Counted from the first letter of the stretch, positions 9,697 through 19,909 are shown. The stretch: DNA of 64,000 nucleotides from Bacteroidales bacterium (GCA_028282585.1 JANQHR010000052.1:1-64000), one strand, 5' to 3'. The notes: generated by a model from the sequence alone, not told the origin. Made by a program: numbers and translations.

Positions 9697-10707
9697 TTAA
9701 AAAATCTTTTTTTCTTTTAATATTTTCACCCGTTTCACCATTTTACTAAAATCCTTTTGGTATTGCCTATTCTTCTCAGTTTTACGACGATTTAAAAAGG
9801 CAAGTTCTTTTTTTAAGTGCAAATAGCTATCGTAGCGTTCCGGACTGATATTGCCTTTCTCTAATTCAGATTGCACTGCACAACCTGGCTCTCCTTCGTG
9901 CTGACAATCGTTGAATTTACAATACTGTGCAATTTCTGAAATATCTGTAAAAGTATTATCTAAAGCCTCATCCTCTGCCCACAGCTGAACTTCCCTTAAG
10001 CCGGGCGAATCAATAATATACCCCCCACTCTCCAGTTCAAACATAAACGAGGCAGATGTCGTATGTCGCCCTCTTTTATCTTTCTGTCTTATCTCGTTGG
10101 TTTTTTGCAGATCTTCTTTTAACAAACAATTTGTAAGCGTTGATTTACCAACACCCGAAGGTCCGATAAATACACCTGCTTTCCCATTTGATAAATAACT
10201 TTCAATTGCAGCAATACCTCTTCCATCCTCAACACTGGTTGTTAAAACATCAACACCGGGAGCAATGGTTTCGGCTTGATATTGAACAAACTCAGCTTCA
10301 TCGTTAAGGTCAGCTTTGTTTAATACAATTAGCGGAGTAGCACCACTATCCCAGGCAATGGCAGTTAATCTCTCCAGTAACCTGTCGGAGTAATTACGTC
10401 CACCATCTAAACCTAAAACAATCACTACATAATCAATATTAGCTGCTAATACTTGCTCTTCGGTAGTAACACCTGCTGTTTTCCTGCTTATTTGAGTTTT
10501 TCTTTCCAGCACTTTTTCTATCTGAACCAAATTCTCGTACTCGTTAAATTCCACCCAATCGCCAACACAAGGAAATTCGCTTTTATTTTGTATTGTCTGA
10601 AAATATTTTCCTTTCAGCTTAGCTTGTTTAATATCTGTTCCAATTTGTATTTTGTAGGTATCATATTGTTTTTCTACAATGCAACCTTTTTTATTATTTG
10701 TATACAT
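9697..10707 (-). CDS. rsgA: Ribosome small subunit-dependent GTPase A (accessory paralog type)
   Basis: Circularly permuted GTPase: NKAD, GPSGVGKST, GRHTT, DSPG; Zn site CKFNDCQHEGEPGC. Confidence 0.92.
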   Translation of the reverse strand: MYTNNKKGCIVEKQYDTYKIQIGTDIKQAKLKGKYFQTIQNKSEFPCVGDWVEFNEYENLVQIEKVLERKTQISRKTAGVTTEEQVLAANIDYVVIVLGLDGGRNYSDRLLERLTAIAWDSGATPLIVLNKADLNDEAEFVQYQAETIAPGVDVLTTSVEDGRGIAAIESYLSNGKAGVFIGPSGVGKSTLTNCLLKEDLQKTNEIRQKDKRGRHTTSASFMFELESGGYIIDSPGLREVQLWAEDEALDNTFTDISEIAQYCKFNDCQHEGEPGCAVQSELEKGNISPERYDSYLHLKKELAFLNRRKTEKNRQYQKDFSKMVKRVKILKEKKIF

Positions 10708-11122
10708 CTTCTCCTCCTTTCTCCATACTTATTTTATGTAAAGTCGAAATCATTGTTTTTGATGGAAATGGTAACGACATCAATGGTTCTGCTGCCATTG
10801 TAAGTAATAGCAACTCGTTATCATCAGCTGCAATCCGATTTAGCTTGATGGTATGGCACTTGGTGCATCGATGAATGATCGACCATTCTTTATTTTGTTG
10901 AACGTAAATGCTTATTGGTTTCATTATTCCCCTGCAACTCGCTCGTCGGTCGCCGGGTATTATGTCCACATGAATGCTACATAAGCAATGAGGACAGTGA
11001 TTTCTTTGTTTCCCACCAAACTCTACAGGAGGTACAGCCTTTCCACAAGAGGCACAGATAAATGACTCCATAGGATTTTCATGTATTATTTTATTACGTG
11101 ACATTTTTTTTGCGTTAAGCAC
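10694..11122 (-). CDS. RNHCP domain protein
   Basis: FICASCG, QRNHCPHCLCSIHVDIIPGDR, HRCTKC. Confidence 0.92.
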   Translation of the reverse strand: MLNAKKMSRNKIIHENPMESFICASCGKAVPPVEFGGKQRNHCPHCLCSIHVDIIPGDRRASCRGIMKPISIYVQQNKEWSIIHRCTKCHTIKLNRIAADDNELLLLTMAAEPLMSLPFPSKTMISTLHKISMEKGGEDVYK

Positions 11123-11247
11123 AATTACTAATTGAGTTTAGCAATTTAGCCAATATAAACACTAAGAATATTTATATAGAAATAACTCTGGCAAGAATTT
11201 GCCTGAGTACAAATGGAATAATCAAAGTCTGTTACAACAATGATTAT

Positions 11248-11280
11248 TTACTTAACACGAACCAGAATAGTCTTAATCAT
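11248..11280 (-). CDS. Putative leader peptide MIKTILVRVK
   Basis: 10-codon uORF between the TATATTTG promoter and the RNHCP gene; ends in R-V-K (+X+). Confidence 0.5.
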   Translation of the reverse strand: MIKTILVRVK

Positions 11281-11298
11281 CAAATAATTTTACGACCG

Positions 11299-11306
11299 CA
11301 AATATA
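11299..11306 (-). promoter_or_regulatory. Bacteroidota sigma-A -7 element
   Basis: TATATTTG on the minus strand upstream of the uORF-RNHCP-rsgA unit. Confidence 0.55.
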
Positions 11307-11457
11307 CATTTTTTTTGATAAATCTCCTTTTTTACAAAACTTTTGAAGATTATTATAGAAAACCTAATTAAATTCGTGACTGGAAAGTATTTTATCTCTA
11401 GTGTTTTATAAAAATAGAAATTGTAATCGCAAAAGAAGAGATAGTTAAAAGATAGAG

Positions 11458-11643
11458 ATGGAAGCATATAGGGAATTTATGGAAAGATATATAACTTTGA
11501 CAAGCAATAATTGGATGACAATTCAACAAGAATTTACTCGAAAAGAAATTTCAAAAAATGCTTCACAGAAAGAATGTGTTGATGCTGAAAGTTTATAGAA
11601 AGAGAAACTCGGAACGAGAACATTCGGATTGAATAAAAATTAA
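11458..11643 (+). pseudogene. GIY-YIG nuclease-like C-terminal remnant
   Basis: ...AESL*KEKLGTRTFGLNKN* with an in-frame TAG; 5' part missing; followed by an attC-like site. Confidence 0.55.
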
Positions 11644-11653
11644 AAAAATACGT

Positions 11654-11765
11654 GTGGTAACAAAGTGTATAAAACATGCCAAGTGCAGTACAAACCTGAA
11701 ACGTATATGCCCGCTACTACCGTCTCCGAAGACTGCCACGTTTCATATCGCTAATTGTTGGGTGT
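11654..11765 (+). repeat. attC-like hairpin
   Basis: GTGGTAAC-AAAGTGTATAAAACATG / CACGTTTCATATC..GTTGGGTGT. Confidence 0.7.
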
Positions 11766-11841
11766 AATGTAACGTAGGCACGATGCTAAATTGGATACAT
11801 ACGAAAACAAATAATCTAAGAGATAAGAAAATTGCATCATA

Positions 11842-12696
11842 GTGAAAAGGAAAGAACTTAAAATAGTTAAAGCACTGACGAATGTGAATGACAAAAAACG
11901 TATTGTCTTAAATGATATAGGTTGGACTAGCCGTGTTTACATTATAGATGATGGCGAATATGTTTTTAAATTTTTAAAAAATAAAAAATATCAAGAGGAA
12001 CTTGAACACGAAATAAATATTTTGAAGCTAATAAAAAATCACAAATTCAACATAAATATTCCCTTAATCGGTTGGGTTGGAAAAGATAACGCATACATAG
12101 GTTTCAAAGGAGTGACAGGAAAGTCAATGACAACAGAAATAATAAATGAATTAAATGAAGAACAAAAGAGAAAAATAGGCGCACAAATCGGAATCTTCAT
12201 AAAAAAGCTTCATGCCATAGACTATCATGGTAAAAGCCCAAACAGCGAAAGTAATGTAATTGAATGGTTTCAGGAATCGTTTTGCAAAAAAAAGCGCACA
12301 TTGAAAAAATACTTTAATAAAAATGAACTTGCATCCATTGAAAAACTTTTAACAAGCTTGCCGGAAAAGTCTGCAAAATATGGGATAGAAGAAGTTTTTT
12401 GCCACGGCGATTTAGGCTACAATAATATCATACTATCCGACAATCTTGAAGTCGGGATAATTGACTTTGGCGATGCAGGCAATCTTGACAAGTCGTATGA
12501 CTTTATTGGTTTAGAAGATGATGTTATACTTGATGCGGCAATATTAGCATATGGTGGCGATAATGTTTTAAGGGAAAAAGTTGCAATAAGGCGGCAGTTA
12601 TTACCACTTATGGAAATGTTATTTTTGATTGACAGGAATGAAAAGGTAGAAATTGAAAAGTGTGCACGTAAAATGCGCGTTAATTTAAAAAACTGA
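11842..12696 (+). CDS. Aminoglycoside phosphotransferase (APH)-family kinase
   Basis: YVFKF, HGDLGYNN (Brenner motif), IIDFGDA. Confidence 0.88.
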   Translation: MKRKELKIVKALTNVNDKKRIVLNDIGWTSRVYIIDDGEYVFKFLKNKKYQEELEHEINILKLIKNHKFNINIPLIGWVGKDNAYIGFKGVTGKSMTTEIINELNEEQKRKIGAQIGIFIKKLHAIDYHGKSPNSESNVIEWFQESFCKKKRTLKKYFNKNELASIEKLLTSLPEKSAKYGIEEVFCHGDLGYNNIILSDNLEVGIIDFGDAGNLDKSYDFIGLEDDVILDAAILAYGGDNVLREKVAIRRQLLPLMEMLFLIDRNEKVEIEKCARKMRVNLKN

Positions 12697-12716
12697 CAAA
12701 GTAGACAAAACAAACT

Positions 12717-12816
12717 GCACTCAATATGTGTAATCCATAAAGGTTTCAGAGGTTTTCGAGCGTATTTATCCACTATAAATTTGGTTAGTAACTTGACACG
12801 CTTAAAGCTCTCAATA
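12717..12816 (+). repeat. Truncated attC-like element of the same subfamily as 22006
   Basis: Shares CATAA.GGTTTCAG.GGTTTTCGAGCGT...AACTTGA...GCTCTC with 22016-22110. Confidence 0.7.
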
Positions 12817-12894
12817 GTTTGTTTGTCATATATTTAACGTTTTTTATAGAATATACAAATTGAGAATATAAACACAGTGACTTAATAAATATAA

Positions 12895-13809
12895 ATGAAT
12901 AAGAGTACTACAATATTAAAATACACATCAGATATTAACAGGGTGTTTGACTATATTGAGAAAAACATAAGAAAAGATATTGAATTGGAACAACTCACCG
13001 AGGTTGTCAATATGTCAAAGTATCATTTTATAAGAATTTTTAAGTCAGTTATGAACGAAACGCCTATGGCTTTTGTACAACGTATTCGATTAGAACGAGT
13101 AGCTTCACAATTGGTAAACAAACCAAATGAAAGCATTACCAATATAGCTCAAGAGTATAATTATGATAATATGACAGTGTTTGCTAAAAACTTTAAAATG
13201 CGATTCGGCATATCTGCAACGGAATGGCGTAAAAATAGCAATAAAAGCAAACTAAATAGCAATAATGAAATACTAGCAAATGAATTTTCAGCATATTTTT
13301 GTGATCATTCACAAACAATTAAATGGAGGACAGATATGTTACAAAACAAAACTATCGTGGTAAATGAATTTCCTATTATGACAGTTGCTTATGTAAGGCA
13401 TACCGGACAAAATGACGGTGATGTAGCGTTATATAAAGGTTTGCAAAATAAACTCTTTACTTGGGCTGCAAGTAGAAACCTGTTGAATGTAAATTCTAAG
13501 TACATTATAATTTACCACGATGACCCTAACGTGGTACCAGCAGAAAAACAACGAATGAGTCTATGTCTTACTATTCCTTCTACAACTAAAGTAGATGGTG
13601 ATATTGGGAAAATGGAGGTTCAAGGAGGAAAATACGTTGTAGCAAGGTTCGAATTAAAATCAGATGAGTTTCATTTGGCATGGAAGTATATAATGGATTG
13701 GTTTCCAAAGAGTGGTTATAAACCAAGAAACGAACCCCCTTTTGAGATGTACCCTGAAGAGCCAATAGCTGACAATTTTAAGGTAGATATTTGCATTCCG
13801 ATAGATTAA
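12895..13809 (+). CDS. AraC family regulator with a GyrI-like effector domain
   Basis: N-terminal double HTH (MSKYHFIRIFK...RIRLE); C-terminal GGKYVVARF, DWFPKSGY, DICIPI. Confidence 0.92.
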   Translation: MNKSTTILKYTSDINRVFDYIEKNIRKDIELEQLTEVVNMSKYHFIRIFKSVMNETPMAFVQRIRLERVASQLVNKPNESITNIAQEYNYDNMTVFAKNFKMRFGISATEWRKNSNKSKLNSNNEILANEFSAYFCDHSQTIKWRTDMLQNKTIVVNEFPIMTVAYVRHTGQNDGDVALYKGLQNKLFTWAASRNLLNVNSKYIIIYHDDPNVVPAEKQRMSLCLTIPSTTKVDGDIGKMEVQGGKYVVARFELKSDEFHLAWKYIMDWFPKSGYKPRNEPPFEMYPEEPIADNFKVDICIPID

Positions 13810-13989
13810 TCAACTTATAAAGAATGATAACTGAAACAAGATACTTAAGTGAAGTTGTTAAAACACAGGCAAACAATGATAAATTATTCATATACGATAT
13901 AAATTACTTTGGATTACTCATAGAGAAAGAAGGTAACCAAATTTTAGTATAAAGAAATAAAGATTTACTAAGAAGATATGAACTAAAAT

Positions 13990-14122
13990 CAGGTGCTAAA
14001 AATGCACATAACTAGGCAAAACAGTATTAGTTTCAAAAGTATATAGCCCGCTTCAAAATTGTAACGGATTGATTAGTTTGAAGCTCGCAATCGCTTACTT
14101 TCCATATAATCAACTTTGGCTG
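13990..14122 (+). repeat. Degenerate attC-like element
   Basis: GGTGCTAAAAATG...TTGA...GCTCGCAATC...CCATATAATCAACTTTGGCTG; the body resembles the 12717 and 22006 elements. Confidence 0.5.
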
Positions 14123-14173
14123 TAATTAACGCAACCTTTTCGGTTAATTGACATCTATTAAAAAACAAGAATT

Positions 14174-14590
14174 ATGAAATCAAAGATTTTAATTTTAGTC
14201 TCATTAATACTTTTTATAAGTTGTGATAATGATGAAGAAAGCAATTTAACTCAAATCCCGGATGGTACTTACACCGGAATCTTTACTGTGGAATATTCTA
14301 ATGGAATGACATATTCCAACTCTGTAACAATCAATTTTTCTGAATCTAATAGTTATAAGAGTAGTGGAAATGGAAATATAAATGACTTCTATCCGGCTGG
14401 TGGAAGTGGAACTTATGAAATGAAAGGTTCTAAAATCTCTTTCTATGACATCAATACTTGGTTGGCTCACTTTGACTGGAATCTTATTCTTAGTGGAGAA
14501 TACGATTATTTGATGAATGGTAGTCAATTGACTATCTCTGCTTATAAGAATGATGTGGGATTTTATAAATATGAGCTGACAAAAGAATAA
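14174..14590 (+). CDS. Hypothetical lipoprotein
   Basis: Lipobox FISC followed by an acidic stretch. Confidence 0.75.
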   Translation: MKSKILILVSLILFISCDNDEESNLTQIPDGTYTGIFTVEYSNGMTYSNSVTINFSESNSYKSSGNGNINDFYPAGGSGTYEMKGSKISFYDINTWLAHFDWNLILSGEYDYLMNGSQLTISAYKNDVGFYKYELTKE

Positions 14591-14712
14591 CTACGATCAA
14601 TACGGTATATAAAAATTAGCGGTTTAAGTGATAAAACAATAGAATAAACATAAAGCAAAACTGAAAAGTAAAGTCATTAAATCCGCTAATTTTCATATAC
14701 AAGACCTTCGCA
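14591..14712 (+). repeat. attC-like hairpin
   Basis: GTATATAAAAATTAGCGG (14605) / CCGCTAATTTTCATATAC (14683), 17/18 complementary. Confidence 0.8.
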
Positions 14713-14803
14713 CAACATTAACGACAAGACCATAACAACGATAAGAAGAAAATTTATTAAAAGATTAGTATTATCTTGGGATTAGATAACTGATAGATAA
14801 AAC

Positions 14804-15097
14804 ATGAAAAAGTTAAATGCATACGACTATTATTTAATAGCTAGTCTGTTATACTGGATTTTTATAATGTATCGGTTATCCTCCAGAGAATACCTCGAAA
14901 TGGGTGATACATTTAGTTTCTTTATTTATTCTTTTTTTGTAATTATTCATTCTATAGTTTTAATTTTTAGGTTTTTACTTAGAAATAGAAAAATAGGATT
15001 GAGACTGGTTATCGGTGTATCAATTTTACCTTCCGTAGCTACAGGAATATTTATGATGATTTCAATATTTTTTGGAATCATTTCATTATCAAAATAA
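14804..15097 (+). CDS. Small membrane protein
   Basis: Three hydrophobic segments. Confidence 0.6.
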   Translation: MKKLNAYDYYLIASLLYWIFIMYRLSSREYLEMGDTFSFFIYSFFVIIHSIVLIFRFLLRNRKIGLRLVIGVSILPSVATGIFMMISIFFGIISLSK

Positions 15098-15114
15098 TAA
15101 GGTAGAAGATGCAT

Positions 15115-15150
15115 GAGCACAACAATGTATAAAAAACAGGCATAATGTTG
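15115..15150 (+). repeat. Left-end remnant of an attC-like element
   Basis: GAGCACAACAATGTATAAAAAAC. Confidence 0.5.
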
Positions 15151-15155
15151 GCAAA

Positions 15156-16319
15156 GTGAAAAAAAAGCAATTCATCAAAGTCTTAAGGAACTTGGGTTTA
15201 GGATTGCCGTCTGACAGCTTTTCAAACAACCGCAGAAAATTTAAAGATAAAGCCTTTTCAGGTACTGTGCTTATTGTTGGTGCTGGTGCTGCCGGTATGT
15301 ATGCAGGTTATCTACTAAAGCAAAAAGGAGTTAGTTTTAAGATTATTGAGGCAAGCTCACAAATTGGAGGAAGAATGAAAACCAATCATTCATTTACCGA
15401 CTTCCCCATTGCGTTAGGTGCAGAGTGGATTGCCAAGCTCAATCCTAAATTTGGTGACATCATAGAAGCGAAAGAAGCATTTAAAAAATTACCAAAAGCA
15501 AGTTACGCTGCTGACGATACATATGGAACCTGGCGCAAGGGAAAACTAACTATAGATATACTAGGATTTTTCAATTATAAAAAGTTCATAAATAATTCTT
15601 GGCTGGGATTTTTCCAGGAATTCATCGCCCCCACCATTCGGGAAAACATCGTGTTTGACACACCTATCCGTTTGATAGATTATTCAGGGCAACAAGTTTC
15701 GGTCCAATCGGACAAAAAGCAATACACAGCTGATCGATTGATATTTACTGCACCCGTATCCTTAATTCAAGATGAAAGCATCCGTTTTGCTCCCGCTTTA
15801 CCTCAGAAAAAACAAGAGGCTATTCAGAATACAGTCGTTTGGGATGGTTTTAAGGCATTTTTTGCATTCGAAAAGAAGTTTTATCCTTCATTTGTTGACT
15901 ATACCATCTATCCGAAAAAATCCGGACAAGTTTCTTTGTATGATGCTGCGCATGGCCAGAAAAGTAATAAGAACATCCTCGGACTTTTTTCAGTGGGTCT
16001 TCCGGCAAAAAAGTACGCCAGCCTTAATGAAGCAGATTTCAAAAGAGAAATTCTGGTTGAACTTGACCATATATTTGATGGACAGGCTACCAAATATTAC
16101 ATCAATCATATCACACAAAACTGGTCTAACGAACCTTTTGCAAAAGGAGCTTATGTGAACGATTATGCGAGTCAGAAGTTCAATACGCAATTACAGAAAT
16201 CAGTAGCTCATAAGATTTACTTTGCGGGAGATTCTTACATTGCCGGATCTGACTGGGGCAATGTACATAATGCAATAGAATCAGCCGTGCAAAGTATTAA
16301 AGAAGTTCTATCTAAATAA
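15156..16319 (+). CDS. Flavin-dependent amine oxidase family protein
   Basis: VLIVGAGAAG...EASSQIGGR, GAEW, WSNEPFAKGAY, IYFAGD. Confidence 0.88.
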   Translation: MKKKQFIKVLRNLGLGLPSDSFSNNRRKFKDKAFSGTVLIVGAGAAGMYAGYLLKQKGVSFKIIEASSQIGGRMKTNHSFTDFPIALGAEWIAKLNPKFGDIIEAKEAFKKLPKASYAADDTYGTWRKGKLTIDILGFFNYKKFINNSWLGFFQEFIAPTIRENIVFDTPIRLIDYSGQQVSVQSDKKQYTADRLIFTAPVSLIQDESIRFAPALPQKKQEAIQNTVVWDGFKAFFAFEKKFYPSFVDYTIYPKKSGQVSLYDAAHGQKSNKNILGLFSVGLPAKKYASLNEADFKREILVELDHIFDGQATKYYINHITQNWSNEPFAKGAYVNDYASQKFNTQLQKSVAHKIYFAGDSYIAGSDWGNVHNAIESAVQSIKEVLSK

Positions 16320-16444
16320 CTGCTTCGAACTTGATTTTTAATAGAATAAATGAGTTAAGGTTAAATTGGTAAATAAAAATAATGAATAAAGAGCAGCCAA
16401 TGTTGAGAGTCAATGCTTTATTGGCTAGAAAACAAAAGTGAAAG

Positions 16445-16530
16445 CCGCACAATATTGTTTATAAACAAAGCGGATTTGGTGCTTTCCGAACGATAAAATT
16501 TTAACCAAAAGTCAGTGCTATTTAGAAGTT
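16445..16530 (+). repeat. Truncated attC-like element
   Basis: CCGCACAATATTGTTTATAAACAAAGCGG... Confidence 0.45.
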
Positions 16531-16895
16531 GGTTGAAATCCAGTAATGATAATAAACGAACTGATAAAGAAAGCAACCTAATTTAGTTGAATAATATTCA
16601 TAATTGGAAGAACACCCTTAGTGAAAATTATAAAAGCAAATAAAACATTTGGATCTTTCTTACCCTTAATTGAAGCAACAATTAAATAGTTCTAATTGAC
16701 AAAACACCCAATGCATAAAAATGTGTCATACTTTACCAGGATAGTTAATGGCTATTTGGCAAATATTGCTATCTTTAAAACTAATTAACCACTAACAGGG
16801 AACCACAGTTTTAATCGCAGACAAAGTATATCCAAAAAATGTTGGAAACCATTTGGCATATGAATTTCTAAACTTGAAAACTATAAAATAAAGAT

Positions 16896-18359
16896 ATGCA
16901 AAATCTGGAATTACTATTGCTCATAGCAACTTTTGTTTACATAGGATTTAACCGCCTTATAAACAAAAATCTCTTTAAGCTTTATTTAATCGGTCTGCTG
17001 GCAATTATTCTATCCATCCACCTGATATTTGATGGTCTTCGATGGCAAATGATCCCGGCATACTTAATCTGGCTTATCGCTCTGATAACTGCACTAAAGG
17101 AATTTAGACGAAGGTCTTCAACTACAATTAGGGTTTTCAAGATCATCGGTCTAATAATCCTGTTAGCCCTGGCGATTTTACTTCCCTCCCTCCTGCCGGT
17201 ATTTGAACTACCTAAAGCCAAAGGTCCATTCGCAGTGGGAACAAAGGACATATTTCTTGAACTGGATAGGGAAGAAGTAATTACTGCTGATAAGACTGAT
17301 ACAAGAAGCTTAATGATAAAAGTATGGTATCCGTCAAAAGAAACCGGTGAAGAAATGGATCTCTATGTCGATATAGCGGGGAGAAATGGTTTTGCTCAAA
17401 AATATGGGCTTCCACCTTCTATGCTCAATTATTTAAATAAAGTAAAAACAAACGTTTACAGAAACATTCATGTAGCAGATGAGTCTTTCCCTGTTCTGAT
17501 ATTTTCCCACGGCTACAATTCAAAAGCAAATGGTTATTATGCATTATTGTCAGAGTTAGTAAGTCAAGGATACATAGTATTTGCAATTAACCATACGTAC
17601 GAAAGCACCGGAACTACATTTCCTGATGGTACCCTAAAATATTTTGATTATGAATATGCAAGTCAAATTGAATCAGGTACATGGGACATAATAGAGCCTG
17701 TAATTGAAGCGTTTAAAAGTGACCTTTCATTTGAAGGTCGGCATCCAATTGTGCAAAAAGGTCTAACCACATATTTTGTAAGGGATATGGTTGAACGTTG
17801 GGCAGAGGACATTGTGGATGTTGTGAACAAATTAGATGAATGGAACGATAACGGATTCTTTAAAGGAAAGTTAGATTTATCCAATGTTGGCGTTTTGGGA
17901 CATTCCAGAGGTGGTGGAGCAGCAGGAGAATCCTTGTTAATTAATAGCAAAATCAAAGCTGGAGCGAATATTGACGGAGTCCAATGGGGACAGATAGTTG
18001 ATACCGTATTTCAGAAGCCCTTTCTTTTTTTGTCAGCAGATTGGCCTGAAGAACATGAGAATTTAAATCAACATGCGTATGTGAATAAAAGTACATTCGT
18101 TTTCTATGAAGCTATTGTTTTTCAAACTGGTCATAGTAATTTTATGGATATTCCTTATATGATTCCGTTAAATGCTTTAAGTCAGGCAGGAACTATCGAT
18201 CCTGATTTGGCAATTGAAATTACAAGTAAGGTTGTTACCTCCTTTTTTGACAAACACTTGAAGAATAAAGAAATAGATTTGAATGCCTTAAACTCGGAAT
18301 ATGAGATGCTTGAAATTAATATCTTCCAAGGAGATTCCATAACTTCAATAATGAATTAA
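16896..18359 (+). CDS. Membrane-anchored alpha/beta hydrolase (PAF-acetylhydrolase-like)
   Basis: N-terminal TM helices, FSHG, GHSRGG nucleophile, NIDG, GHSNFMD. Confidence 0.88.
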   Translation: MQNLELLLLIATFVYIGFNRLINKNLFKLYLIGLLAIILSIHLIFDGLRWQMIPAYLIWLIALITALKEFRRRSSTTIRVFKIIGLIILLALAILLPSLLPVFELPKAKGPFAVGTKDIFLELDREEVITADKTDTRSLMIKVWYPSKETGEEMDLYVDIAGRNGFAQKYGLPPSMLNYLNKVKTNVYRNIHVADESFPVLIFSHGYNSKANGYYALLSELVSQGYIVFAINHTYESTGTTFPDGTLKYFDYEYASQIESGTWDIIEPVIEAFKSDLSFEGRHPIVQKGLTTYFVRDMVERWAEDIVDVVNKLDEWNDNGFFKGKLDLSNVGVLGHSRGGGAAGESLLINSKIKAGANIDGVQWGQIVDTVFQKPFLFLSADWPEEHENLNQHAYVNKSTFVFYEAIVFQTGHSNFMDIPYMIPLNALSQAGTIDPDLAIEITSKVVTSFFDKHLKNKEIDLNALNSEYEMLEINIFQGDSITSIMN

Positions 18360-18494
18360 GCTTTGAATAATCAACTTTTAAGAAACTGTAAAAATGAAAG
18401 ATAAAAAATAAGAGCAAGCAAGTTAGGACTGCATACTTTTAGTGATACGCGTCATAAACAAAACATTTCTAAACTAACAAAACGCAAAGTTAAA

Positions 18495-19004
18495 GTGTAT
18501 ATAAACATAGAAACAGAAAGATTAATAATAAGGCCACTAAGTTTGGAGGATGCCGAATTTATAGTTGATTTGGTTAATTCTGAGGGCTGGCTGAAATTTA
18601 TAGGAGATAGAAATATTTCTGATAAAAATGATGCAAGAAACTACATTCAAAAGATACTTGATAACGCAAATTTTTATTACAATGTTTTTGAGTTAAAAAA
18701 AACACGAAAGGCTATTGGAATAGTAACATTTCTCAAACGAGATGATGAGAAATTCCCTGACATTGGATTTGCTTTATTGCCTGAATTTGAAAAAAACGGA
18801 TATACCCTTGAGGCAAGTAAGTCGTATCTTGAGAAAATAGAAAACTCAAACAAATACGACAATATAATTGCAATCACTATGCCGGACAATCAAAAATCGA
18901 TTAACTTGTTACAGAAGCTTGGATTTCATTATGTAAATAGTTACGAAAAAGGTGGAGAGATTTTATCTTACTATACTTTAAAAAATGTAAAAGCCACCAA
19001 GTAA
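18495..19004 (+). CDS. GNAT N-acetyltransferase (RimJ/RimL type)
   Basis: IETERLIIRP, DIGFALLPE, NQKSINLLQKLGF. Confidence 0.9.
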   Translation: MYINIETERLIIRPLSLEDAEFIVDLVNSEGWLKFIGDRNISDKNDARNYIQKILDNANFYYNVFELKKTRKAIGIVTFLKRDDEKFPDIGFALLPEFEKNGYTLEASKSYLEKIENSNKYDNIIAITMPDNQKSINLLQKLGFHYVNSYEKGGEILSYYTLKNVKATK

Positions 19005-19064
19005 CAATATATATGCGAAAATAAAAGTATATTAATCCGTAACTGACTTTTATACGAAGTAGTT

Positions 19065-19901
19065 TTGTACAACCTCAGAACGAACTTTAACAATATAGTT
19101 ATGATTGAGAATAAACAAGTTTATTATCCTAGTATAGGGCAAAGCTGGGGAATTGTTGGATTAGCAATACTTTCCATGTTATTATTTAGCCCCGTAAATA
19201 TTATACTAACCAATATATTAGGAAAGGAAGTATCTTTTTTAGTTTATTACTTATTAGCAATGGGAGTTCCTTTTGGCATTGCTCATTTGATAAGAAATAA
19301 AAGAACAGGGATTAATAATTACAATTTTAATCTTAGTTCTATAAAATTAATGGTATTAGTTTCTATCTCTACAATTTCAATTCAGACCGGAGTAATTTCA
19401 CCAATCGTTAATTCATTACCCATGCCAGAGTTTATGAAAAAGATATTTCTAGAATTTGCAAATCAAAACGGAGTATTTTCTTTTATAGCAATTGTTATTG
19501 CCGCACCAATAATTGAAGAATTGATTTTTAGAGGAATTATTCTAGATGGACTTTTACGAAGATATTCTCCAGTTAAATCAATCATTTTATCAAGTATTCT
19601 TTTCGGAATCGTTCATCTAAACCCTTGGCAGTTCGTTAGCGCTTTGATTATTGGGTTATTTTCAGGTTGGATTTATTATAGAACAAAAAAATTATCACTA
19701 TCAATCTTAATTCATTTAATAAATAACCTTGTTGCCTTTTTAGGAATATATTTTATGGATATAGAAATAATGATCAATGAATCACTAACAAAATTGTATG
19801 GTGGTTTTACAAACATGATTTTAATTACTATTGGATCAATATTAGTGTCAATAATAGGTATTTTTATATTGAGAAAAGAATTTAATGGTTTGAAAAATTA
19901 A
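19065..19901 (+). CDS. CPBP/Abi family intramembrane metalloprotease (likely start 19101)
   Basis: PIIEELIFRG, FGIVH, HLINN. Confidence 0.92.
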   Translation: MYNLRTNFNNIVMIENKQVYYPSIGQSWGIVGLAILSMLLFSPVNIILTNILGKEVSFLVYYLLAMGVPFGIAHLIRNKRTGINNYNFNLSSIKLMVLVSISTISIQTGVISPIVNSLPMPEFMKKIFLEFANQNGVFSFIAIVIAAPIIEELIFRGIILDGLLRRYSPVKSIILSSILFGIVHLNPWQFVSALIIGLFSGWIYYRTKKLSLSILIHLINNLVAFLGIYFMDIEIMINESLTKLYGGFTNMILITIGSILVSIIGIFILRKEFNGLKN

Positions 19902-19909
19902 TAAATGGT

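Noticed and set aside
11273-11467. 64-aa minus-strand ORF
   Set aside because: Runs through the AT-rich promoter region of the RNHCP operon with low-complexity composition.
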